Below, one piece after another: positions 1 to 7,567 of a DNA stretch of 62,755 nt. Position 1 is the first letter of the stretch; every line of letters begins with the position of its first letter. The stretch spans positions 1-62,755 of the forward strand of contig NZ_JBILOS010000001.1 of assembly GCF_044374345.1 (NCBI RefSeq). The letters run 5' to 3'. The notes under the pieces are model-generated. The model saw only the letters and a program-made list of their open reading frames with translations. It made no database searches and was not told the origin of the DNA. The DNA comes from Sphingorhabdus sp. (GTDB lineage Bacteria; Pseudomonadota; Alphaproteobacteria; Sphingomonadales; Sphingomonadaceae). The position numbers and the translations under genes were made by a program.

Positions 1-504
1 AATAAACTTCGGGACTTTTGGGGGAGGGTAGGTGAAGACAAAAGAAATGGCCCTTCAGTTAGGGATATGGCTGAACGAACAGGATTGAAGCAGACGTATG
101 AGTATATCTATTTCCTGTCTTCTAATTTCGTGCACTTTAACCCTAATACCTTGATGCGCACAGGTTGGGGCCCCGAGGAAGGACCGTTTCGTTTCTCAGT
201 GCACAACTTTTCCCGCTACTATGCTGACCTAGCGAGTTTCTACGGCGCTGTTCTTTTTGTTGGCTTCTTCTTCAGATTAGGAAAAGGTCATTTTAGCCCA
301 AAATGTGAGAAAGATGTTAATCGGATACTCAAGATAATTGACGCGGTTCCGCGATGGCCTGAAATTGTGACCTTGGAGGAAATGAATAGAAAGCCATCAA
401 CGCTCGACTTTTTAGCTCGGGCGATGCGAAAGGTTGCGCAAGATGCTGACCCTAATATTCCCTATGGCGCTATTCTAAGAGAAATCGGAGCGGAGCCGCA
501 ATAA
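1..504 (+). CDS. Partial (5'-truncated) hypothetical protein, DUF5677-like
   Basis: Frame is open from base 1 through the 67..504 ORF. The segment 'SVRDMAERTGLKQTYEYIYFLSSNFVH' resembles the C-terminal Y..LS..VH motif of DUF5677 proteins. DNA is visibly AT-richer than the core genes. Confidence 0.5.
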   Translation, partial: NKLRDFWGRVGEDKRNGPSVRDMAERTGLKQTYEYIYFLSSNFVHFNPNTLMRTGWGPEEGPFRFSVHNFSRYYADLASFYGAVLFVGFFFRLGKGHFSPKCEKDVNRILKIIDAVPRWPEIVTLEEMNRKPSTLDFLARAMRKVAQDADPNIPYGAILREIGAEPQ

Positions 505-513
505 TTGGCGAAG

Positions 514-577
514 AATTACAGCGACATGATTACGGTGACAGTGCACTGAATAGGAGTTGAGCGCACGGTCACCGAAA
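514..577. repeat. REP-like imperfect inverted repeat pair
   Basis: ttacggtgacagtgcact (530-547) vs reverse complement of agcgcacggtcaccgaaa (560-577), 15/18 match. Degenerate partial copies aattacagcgaca (514-526) and aattaccgcgaca (663-675). Confidence 0.55.
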
Positions 578-629
578 CTTAGTGTGAAGGTAGCAACCAT
601 CACAGATTGGCCCAAGTATGAGCGGCTCG

Positions 630-648
630 TATACGAACCGTTCGTATA
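630..648. promoter_or_regulatory. Perfect 9-1-9 palindrome, operator-like
   Basis: TATACGAAC-C-GTTCGTATA is seen directly; function unknown. Confidence 0.35.
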
Positions 649-685
649 TTCAGACCCTCACAAATTACCGCGACACCTAAGACAA

Positions 686-705
686 ACCCCAAATATTAAC
701 CGCGC
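686..705 (+). repeat. 20-bp direct repeat, copy 1
   Basis: accccaaatattaaccgcgc; 19/20 identical to 1478-1497. Confidence 0.75.
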
Positions 706-715
706 TTTTGGGGTT

Positions 716-829
716 GTGTTCTATAATCCGTTGCGCAAGCACGCTGGGAACGGGATGCTGTCACCCGTCGCGTTCGAACGGCAGCAGATTGTGAAAGCAG
801 AAGGCGTCTAGAAAACTAACGGCTATTCA
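716..829 (+). mobile_element. IS3-family remnant: transposase C-terminus plus right inverted repeat
   Basis: Peptide FYNPLRKHAGNGMLSPVAFERQQIVKAEGV* is typical of the end of alphaproteobacterial IS3 OrfB (FYNxxRxH...SPxxFE). It is followed by gtctagaaaactaacggctattca, ending in the IS3 terminal CA. Confidence 0.8.
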
Positions 830-950
830 ATTAGATATCCAATCGAGCTGCTGAAAAAGACGGCGGCCAAAACGTAATGGAGGTCTCGGTGGACAATATC
901 ATCCCCATTGAGCGGGCATTCGCCTTTGTACGAAAAAAGCGACAGTTAGG

Positions 951-1466
951 ATGAGTGGCTCATTAAACATATCTATTCGACAGGAAGAAGCCCGCGATGT
1001 GGCCGACATCCGTGAACTGGTTGATGTAGCGTTCAAGCCGATGTGGTTTAGTGATGGCACGGAGGCAGAGTTGGTAGACAAGCTCCGCTCGGCGGGCGAT
1101 TTGTACCTCTCTTTAGTCGCGGTCACGGACATCAATCAGATTATTGGTCATGTTGGTTTTAGCCCAACAACAATTGATGGATTGGATTACGGCTGGCTTC
1201 AAATGGCGCCCGTATCTGTCTTGCCAGATTATCAACTCAAAGGTGTCGGATCGGCATTGATTCAAGCAGGGATTAGCGCGTTGATAACGCACGGGGTTGC
1301 CGGTGTCGCAGTGGTGGGCAATCCTGTTTATTATGAGCGTTTCGGCTTCCGCAATATTCCGGGACTAGAGCCATTGGTTCCAAGTGATGCGCCTTATTTT
1401 CGCGCCCAAAGCTTGTTTGGGCCAGAACCCCAAGGCCGGCTTCGCTACGCTCCTGCGTTCGACTAG
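951..1466 (+). CDS. GNAT family N-acetyltransferase (YhbS-like)
   Basis: EAELVDKLR...LSLVA...IIGHV.FSP, LAPVSVLPDYQLKGVGSALI-like acetyl-CoA motif A, and VVGNPVYYERFGF. Confidence 0.9.
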   Translation: MSGSLNISIRQEEARDVADIRELVDVAFKPMWFSDGTEAELVDKLRSAGDLYLSLVAVTDINQIIGHVGFSPTTIDGLDYGWLQMAPVSVLPDYQLKGVGSALIQAGISALITHGVAGVAVVGNPVYYERFGFRNIPGLEPLVPSDAPYFRAQSLFGPEPQGRLRYAPAFD

Positions 1467-1477
1467 CCCCAGCTTTG

Positions 1478-1497
1478 ACCCCAAATATTGACCGCGC
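1478..1497 (+). repeat. 20-bp direct repeat, copy 2
   Basis: accccaaatattgaccgcgc; 19/20 identical to 686-705. Confidence 0.75.
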
Positions 1498-1587
1498 CGC
1501 GCCGGGGACACGCAATGGCATGCCTCCGTTTTGCTTCCTGAAAAAACAACTTTCCTACATGGTCCGCTTTATGTTTCTGTTGCGGAC

Positions 1588-2100
1588 ATGACAGATGCAT
1601 CGCCGCCCTATCCAAACGCCAATCCCAACCCCGCCCCAAACCCTGACGCCGGTTCCGATGCTGGTTCCGATGCGGATTTTGACGATCTGTTGGCCTTTAC
1701 CCCTGTGCCGATGCAGCGCCGCCGTGCCGATGGGTGGAGCGCGGAGCGGCAGCGGCGTTTTATCACCGCTTTGTCGGTCATGGGGGCGGTTGGCCCGGCG
1801 GCGCGGGCGGTGGGCATGGGGCGGGCTTCGGCCTATCGCTTGCGCGAACGGGCAGGGGCGGCTGGCTTTGCCGAGGCGTGGGACATTGCGATTGCCTGTG
1901 GCGCGGACCTGCAATTTCACACCGCGCTGGATCAGGCGATTAACGGCGTCACCACGGTGCGCGTGATGCGCGGCGGCATGGTTGAGGTGGTGAACGCACC
2001 TGACCGTAAAGTTCTGAACGCGGCGTTATTGTCCAAAACCCGCCTGTCCGCGGCGCTTTCGGCGCAGGCGCTGGCGGTTAAAGCGACAAGGGAGACATGA
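1588..2100 (+). CDS. Orphan HTH protein resembling a phage/GTA terminase small subunit
   Basis: DGWSAERQRRFITAL...GAVGPAARAVGMGRASAYRLR (HTH), then FAEAWDIA...ALDQAINGV..., like the FAEAWDEA...RAxxGV pattern of TerS-type proteins. ATG 1588 preferred over TTG 1531. Confidence 0.55.
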   Translation: MTDASPPYPNANPNPAPNPDAGSDAGSDADFDDLLAFTPVPMQRRRADGWSAERQRRFITALSVMGAVGPAARAVGMGRASAYRLRERAGAAGFAEAWDIAIACGADLQFHTALDQAINGVTTVRVMRGGMVEVVNAPDRKVLNAALLSKTRLSAALSAQALAVKATRET

Positions 2101-2237
2101 AAAATGCGCTGCGTGGTGGCTTTTGTCGCTTTTGCCGGGGCGGAGGCCCTTGGATGCGCGGCCGGCATAGGAATGGCTGGCATAACGCGCAGGCGGCGTT
2201 ATGCTGCGCGTTCATCGCCCACAAAAGTTGAACCATC

Positions 2238-2528
2238 ATGACGAAGCCGAAAAATCCCAGCTGGTTGGACATTTCCATGGATGCCTTCGCGCTCGCGGCG
2301 GAATCCAACATGGTGATTGCCGCGCGCTTGGGCAGTCTGGCGCTCGGCGGGCCAAATGCGGTGCGTGAGGCGGAGCGGATGGTGAGCGAAAAGGTCGCGG
2401 CGAACATGACGCTTGGCGCGGACCTGATGACCGGAAAGCACGGGCTTACCCCCGAAAGCATGGTGAGCGGCAGTATTGACCATTACGCCAAACATGTGCG
2501 GGCGAACCGCAAGCGGCTGTTGGGCTAA
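2238..2528 (+). CDS. Conserved alphaproteobacterial hypothetical protein (helical)
   Basis: ESNMVIAARL...EAERMVSEKVAA...Y..HVRANRKRL pattern of a widespread small uncharacterised family; core-like codon usage. Confidence 0.75.
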   Translation: MTKPKNPSWLDISMDAFALAAESNMVIAARLGSLALGGPNAVREAERMVSEKVAANMTLGADLMTGKHGLTPESMVSGSIDHYAKHVRANRKRLLG

Positions 2529-2595
2529 AGCGGGCGGCTGAACGCCTGCGAAAATGGCGGGAAAACAGGGGAAAAGCGGGATTCGACCTTGTTAT

Positions 2596-2624
2596 TTGCT
2601 AATGCCGTAAATTAGGCGTATAAG
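2596..2624 (+). promoter_or_regulatory. sigma70-like promoter of the cold-shock gene, giving a ~140-nt 5' UTR
   Basis: TTGCTA-N17-TATAAG; a long leader is typical of cspA-family mRNAs. Confidence 0.55.
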
Positions 2625-2770
2625 CCAAACACGCTATCGTCGACCGCGACGGAATTTGAGGCGCGTATCTGATGAAATAAGCGGAGCGTGCAACGTTTTT
2701 CCCAACACGACTTGGCTACCCACTTGGCGCTGTTGCCCGGTGGTCACCTGTTTCGTGAAAGGAACATATT

Positions 2771-2980
2771 ATGCCTACTGGCACCGTAAAATTCTTCAAT
2801 GCCGATAAAGGCTATGGCTTTATTGCACCCGATGGTGGTGGCGATGACAGCTTCGTGCACATCTCGGCTGTTCAAGCTGCTGGCATGCACTCGCTCGACA
2901 AAGAGCAGCGCGTAAATTTCGAAGTCGAAATTGGCCGCAACGGTAAAGCTTCGGCTGTAAATCTTTCAGCTGCTGATTAA
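2771..2980 (+). CDS. cspA: Cold-shock protein
   Basis: GTVKFFNADKGYGFI (RNP1), FVHISAV (RNP2); aagga RBS. Confidence 0.95.
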   Translation: MPTGTVKFFNADKGYGFIAPDGGGDDSFVHISAVQAAGMHSLDKEQRVNFEVEIGRNGKASAVNLSAAD

Positions 2981-2995
2981 TCAGCTTTTAGGTTT

Positions 2996-3029
2996 AAAAA
3001 AAGGGCTGCCGAAAGGCGGCCCTTTTTTT
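2996..3029. terminator. Bidirectional Rho-independent terminator
   Basis: A7-gggctgcc-gaaa-ggcggccc-T7 between convergent genes. Confidence 0.9.
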
Positions 3030-3048
3030 GTGCGGGGCGCTTGCCGGA

Positions 3049-3360
3049 TTAATCGAACAGCTCTTCCAGAAATGACTTCCTCCGCTTTTGATACGGATAG
3101 CCATGGCCAAAGCCCGGCTGCTGGTGGCCATAGCCTGGCGGTGCAAATCCGGCGGGCGCTTGCGGTGGAATGGGTTGCGGGGCAGCTTGCGGTGCAGGCA
3201 TCTCGGCAGCAACGCTGCGTTCGATGATCTTGTCCAACTCACCACGATCAAGCCAAACGCCGCGGCATTGTGGGCAATAGTCGATTTCGACACCCTGGCG
3301 ATCACTCATGACAAGCGCGACCTTGCAAACAGGGCATGGCATTCCAACGGCTGGGTTCAT
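3049..3360 (-). CDS. zf-TFIIB domain zinc-ribbon protein
   Basis: CPVC...VEIDYCPQCRGVWLDRGELDKII, C-terminal KRRKSFLEELFD. ATG 3360 has a gaggag RBS. Confidence 0.9.
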   Translation of the reverse strand: MNPAVGMPCPVCKVALVMSDRQGVEIDYCPQCRGVWLDRGELDKIIERSVAAEMPAPQAAPQPIPPQAPAGFAPPGYGHQQPGFGHGYPYQKRRKSFLEELFD

Positions 3361-3562
3361 ATCGGGTCTCCTCTTTAATGGTTTAAAGCGGTCCGACATC
3401 GCCGTCATGTGACGACCAGAGGGGCCCGGCCCGCAAAACGCAGTTGGGCATTGGTCGGCACTATTTCAATAACCCTGGCTGTTAATTCAGCAATGCACCG
3501 GTCATCCACATCGCGGACAGCACGAATATGGCCAGAAACAGCGATATCGCGAACCCCAGCGG

Positions 3563-3877
3563 TTAGCGTTTCCGGACAAACTCCGCGCGCAGCACGAGGC
3601 CCTTGATCCCGTCAAACCGGCAGTCAATTTCCTGCGCATCGCCCGTCAAGCGGATGGATTTGATAAGCGTTCCGCGCTTCAATGTCTGACCCGCACCCTT
3701 TACGGTCAGGTCCTTGATCAAGGTCACCTGATCGCCGTCCGCCAGAATATTGCCGACCGCGTCGCGGACCTCAACTGCGCCGTCCTGTTCGGATTTGGCA
3801 TTGGCTTCGGCCGCACTGATCCATTCGCCAGATGCCTCGTCATAAACATATTCGTCGTCGGTCCCGTCCGTCATCAT
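3563..3877 (-). CDS. PhnA/YjdM-family protein (PhnA C-terminal domain)
   Basis: VRDAVGNILADGDQVTLIKDLTVKG...LKRGTLIKSIRL...IDC...LRAEFVRK. Confidence 0.88.
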   Translation of the reverse strand: MMTDGTDDEYVYDEASGEWISAAEANAKSEQDGAVEVRDAVGNILADGDQVTLIKDLTVKGAGQTLKRGTLIKSIRLTGDAQEIDCRFDGIKGLVLRAEFVRKR

Positions 3878-3988
3878 GTAATCCCCGCTTTGATATTGCC
3901 ACGCCCTAGCGCCATTTACGTGCGGGTGAAAGCCGGTTGCAATTTGCAATGATGTCAGTAAGATTTTTATAATAGAGTGGAGAGTTAT

Positions 3989-5506
3989 ATGGCGCAGGCT
4001 GAAACGGTTGTAGATGTATTGATTGTAGGCGCTGGTTTATCCGGCATTGGTGCGGCGGCGCATCTGACCATGCAATGCCCCAATAAAAGCTATGCCATCG
4101 TCGAACAGCGCGCTGACATGGGCGGCACTTGGGACCTTTTCCGGTACCCGGGTATCCGGTCTGACTCGGACATGCACACCTTGGGCTATCGCTTCAAACC
4201 ATGGCTGCATGAAAAAACAATCGCTGACGGCCCATCCATCCACGAATATGTGCACGAAACGGCTGATGAATATGGCATCACGCCGCACATCCACTTTGGC
4301 CACAAGGTGGTCTCGGCAAATTGGTCCAGCCCCGATGCGCGCTGGCATGTAACGGCCAAGGCTGTGGACGGCGGCGAGGAACGGCGCTTTGCTGCGCGCT
4401 TCCTGTTCATGTGCGCAGGTTATTATGACTATGATCAGGGCTATAAGCCCGATTTCCCGGGCGAAGCCGACTTTGGCGGCCAGATTGTTCACCCGCAGCA
4501 TTGGCCCGAAGGACTGGACTATAGCGGCAAGAAGGTAACGGTTATCGGTTCAGGCGCGACCGCGGTGACGATTGTGCCCGTGATGGCGCAACAGGGCGCG
4601 CAGGTGACGATGCTGCAGCGTTCGCCGACATACATGGTGTCGCGTCCTGCGATTGACCCGTTCTCCAAATTTGTGCGTAAAATCTTGCCGGAAAAGATCG
4701 CTTATGCGCTGACGCGCTGGCGCAACATTAACATGCAGCGGTTCACTTATTGGTATGCCCGCCGCAATCCAGCGAAGCTGGGCGAAAAGCTGGTCAACAT
4801 GGCCCGTGAAGCGCTGCCGGCCTCAGTGGATGTCGATACCCATTTCGTCCCCAAATATGGCCCATGGGAACAGCGCCTGTGTCTGATTCCAGATAGCGAC
4901 ATGTTTACCGCCATAACCGAGGGCAAGGCCGAGGTGGTGACGGACCATATCGACCATTTCACCAAGACGGGTATTCAGTTGAAGTCCGGTAAGCATATTG
5001 AATCCGATATCGTGATCACTGCGACCGGTCTGAACCTTGTCACGATGGGCAAGGCAGCCATCAGCGTGGACGGTGAAGCGGTCAATTTTGGTGAGCATTT
5101 CAATTATAAGGGCGTGATGTTCAACGACATTCCGAACTTCGCCAGCGTGTTTGGCTATATCAACGCATCATGGACGCTGAAGACTGATATCGTTGCCGAT
5201 TATGTCTGCCGCTTGTTGTGGAAAATGGATGACAAAAACGCGCTTGTGGCAACGCCGCATCTTGATGATCCGGATATGCCCAAGCTGCCATTTGTGACGG
5301 ACTTTAGCTCAGGCTATTTCGCCCGCAGTTTTGACACGCTGCCCAAGAACGGGGACCGCCATCCATGGCGCGTGCTGCAAAATTACGCCGCTGAAAAGAA
5401 AATCCTGACTCAAGATCCTGTGGATGACGGAGTCATGGTCTTTTCGGCACCGCATTTCGCAGCCTCCCATAACGAGAATGCGGAAACGCTGATCGCAGCC
5501 GAGTAA
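3989..5506 (+). CDS. Flavin-containing monooxygenase (EthA-like Baeyer-Villiger type)
   Basis: GAGLSG FAD motif, GGTWDLFRYPGIRSDSD, FxGxxxHPQHWP fingerprint, GSGATA NADPH motif. Confidence 0.93.
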   Translation: MAQAETVVDVLIVGAGLSGIGAAAHLTMQCPNKSYAIVEQRADMGGTWDLFRYPGIRSDSDMHTLGYRFKPWLHEKTIADGPSIHEYVHETADEYGITPHIHFGHKVVSANWSSPDARWHVTAKAVDGGEERRFAARFLFMCAGYYDYDQGYKPDFPGEADFGGQIVHPQHWPEGLDYSGKKVTVIGSGATAVTIVPVMAQQGAQVTMLQRSPTYMVSRPAIDPFSKFVRKILPEKIAYALTRWRNINMQRFTYWYARRNPAKLGEKLVNMAREALPASVDVDTHFVPKYGPWEQRLCLIPDSDMFTAITEGKAEVVTDHIDHFTKTGIQLKSGKHIESDIVITATGLNLVTMGKAAISVDGEAVNFGEHFNYKGVMFNDIPNFASVFGYINASWTLKTDIVADYVCRLLWKMDDKNALVATPHLDDPDMPKLPFVTDFSSGYFARSFDTLPKNGDRHPWRVLQNYAAEKKILTQDPVDDGVMVFSAPHFAASHNENAETLIAAE

Positions 5507-5528
5507 CTACCCGAAGGTGGGGCCTATA

Positions 5529-6119
5529 TCAGCCCTCCCTATTGCGAACCGTCGCGGCAACGCGGCGGGTTTCAATGCTGGCCTCTGGCGCGATGATATG
5601 TGTACGGTTGCGGACCACCCAAATAAGTGAAGCAAGCCCGGCCAGTGCAGCAAACGCAACCGCCATCAGCGCGTAACTGGTGTAGCGTTTCATATCCTGC
5701 GCGTGCGTGACAATTTCGGGCGCTTTGTCGGTGGTCGTGACATCCCAATATTCGATCATTGGCTTGTTGCGGTACCGGACCACGCGCACTTCGGATATAA
5801 CCCATATTTTGCCATGCTGAGCAGCGAACGTCAGATAGGCCCCGGACCCTTGATGCTGTTGAATGGCCGGAGCCAGTCGTGGCGCATCCTTCAAAATCCG
5901 CGACATTTCGGCAAACTGCACGCGGCTATCGTCAATGAAGCCCGGAGCGACATATTTTTCGGCCGCCTTTTGGTCTCCGCGACGCACAGCCTCATAAAAA
6001 GGCTTAACGACCGCCGTTATTTCCGCGGGCAGCGGCGGACGTGCGTCGGTTGAGCGGTTACAAGCGGATAAGCCCAATGCTGCGATCGACATAATGAACA
6101 AAAGAAAAATACGTGACAT
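5529..6119 (-). CDS. Hypothetical lipoprotein with C-terminal transmembrane helix
   Basis: Signal peptide with lipobox LSAC; hydrophobic C-terminal segment. Confidence 0.65.
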   Translation of the reverse strand: MSRIFLLFIMSIAALGLSACNRSTDARPPLPAEITAVVKPFYEAVRRGDQKAAEKYVAPGFIDDSRVQFAEMSRILKDAPRLAPAIQQHQGSGAYLTFAAQHGKIWVISEVRVVRYRNKPMIEYWDVTTTDKAPEIVTHAQDMKRYTSYALMAVAFAALAGLASLIWVVRNRTHIIAPEASIETRRVAATVRNREG

Positions 6120-6167
6120 TTCTGAATTATCTCCCGTTCGCGGTCCAATGCCGCTATCGCATCCTTC

Positions 6168-7556
6168 ATGCGTTATGACGATCTGATCCAACCTGACAAC
6201 GGCCAACCGGCCACACCTATCCACATAGTCGATAAAAATGGCTTTGCGTTATGGCTTGCTGCGCAACCCGACCCTGTCCGCACGGCCGTAAAAGCACAGA
6301 AGTTTGAAGGTAGCGTAAACGACAGTGCGATACTTCCTGGCGACAAGCCCGGGGAATGGGCTGTCGTCGTAGGCGTCGCCGATGCTTCGGCGCTTGGGGT
6401 TTGGAACCTGGCCAAGCTATCGGACATTCTGCCCGAGGGAAGTTATCGGTTGTTGGATGCCGATGCTGGTGACGCGATGCTTGGGTGGATGCTTGGTCAG
6501 TATCGATATCATGAATATCTCAGCGAACCGAAAGTAACCGGCGCGCGCGTGCTGCTCGTGCGTGATCCCGGCAAGATCCAAAACATCGTGCTTCAGGCGC
6601 GCGCCACAGCGCTCGTGCGCGATCTGGTTAACCGTCCGGCGGGTGACCTTGGTCCCGACGCGCTTGAGGCCGAGGCTAAGCGCATCGCCAAGGCGCATAA
6701 GGCAGATGTGACAGTGACGGCAGGGGAAGCGTTGGAAGCGGGCTTCCCGCTCATCCACGCGGTCGGCAAAGCAGCGGCGCGCGAACATGCGCCGCGGCTG
6801 ATTGAGCTGGAATGGGGCGACCCGCGCCACCCACGCATCGCGATTGTGGGCAAAGGCATAACGTTCGACAGCGGTGGTCTTGATATTAAACCGGCAAGCG
6901 GCATGCGGCTGATGAAGAAGGATATGGGCGGCGCTGCCCATGCGCTTGCGCTGGCGGAGCTTATCATGTCTGCGCATTTGCCGGTACGCTTGCATATGCT
7001 CGTCGCTGCTGCCGAAAACAGCATATCGGGCAATGCTATGCGGCCGGGCGATATCGTTAAAAGCCGCAAGGGCATTACGGTTGAAATCGACAATACCGAT
7101 GCGGAAGGGCGCCTTGTGCTCGCCGACGCGTTGACCAAAGCGGTTGAGGATACGCCCGAACTTATCATCGATTTCGCGACGCTGACCGGCGCAGCGCGCG
7201 TTGCCTTGGGTCCTGATTTGCCGGCAATGTTCAGCAATGATGATGAAACAGCCGACGCGTTAATCGCAGCGTCAAAGGCGCAGGCTGACCCGCTGTGGCG
7301 GATGCCATTATGGGCACCCTATCTGGAGCTTTTGGATAGCGATATCGCGGACATGACAAACAGCGGCGGGGCGTTCGCAGGCGCAGTAACGGCGGCGCTC
7401 TTTATGCAGAAATTCGTTCCTGATGATGTGCCTTGGGTACATCTGGACACCTTTGCATGGCGACCAACCAATAAGCCTGGCAGGCCAAAGGGCGGCGAAG
7501 CCCTTGGATTACGCGCCGTCTTCGGCTATCTGGCGGACAAATATCCGGCACGTTAG
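6168..7556 (+). CDS. M17 leucyl aminopeptidase (PepB-like)
   Basis: VGKGITFDSGG, MKKDMGG, NTDAEGRL, DFATLTGA. Confidence 0.95.
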   Translation: MRYDDLIQPDNGQPATPIHIVDKNGFALWLAAQPDPVRTAVKAQKFEGSVNDSAILPGDKPGEWAVVVGVADASALGVWNLAKLSDILPEGSYRLLDADAGDAMLGWMLGQYRYHEYLSEPKVTGARVLLVRDPGKIQNIVLQARATALVRDLVNRPAGDLGPDALEAEAKRIAKAHKADVTVTAGEALEAGFPLIHAVGKAAAREHAPRLIELEWGDPRHPRIAIVGKGITFDSGGLDIKPASGMRLMKKDMGGAAHALALAELIMSAHLPVRLHMLVAAAENSISGNAMRPGDIVKSRKGITVEIDNTDAEGRLVLADALTKAVEDTPELIIDFATLTGAARVALGPDLPAMFSNDDETADALIAASKAQADPLWRMPLWAPYLELLDSDIADMTNSGGAFAGAVTAALFMQKFVPDDVPWVHLDTFAWRPTNKPGRPKGGEALGLRAVFGYLADKYPAR

Positions 7557-7567
7557 GGTGCCATAAC

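Noticed and set aside
630-648. Similarity of accgttcgtata to a mutant lox (lox71/66) arm
   Set aside because: The arms are back-to-back with no 8-bp spacer and there is no vector context, so this is treated as coincidence.
557-811. 84-aa ORF as a real gene
   Set aside because: Chance read-in through repeat DNA; only the last ~30 codons are an IS3 transposase tail.
505-950. Integron attC sites or a CRISPR array
   Set aside because: No clear RYYYAAC...GTTRRRY paired ends and no regularly spaced repeat-spacer units.
3406-3566. Open minus-strand frame between the PhnA-like and zf-TFIIB genes
   Set aside because: No convincing start or RBS and no recognisable motif.
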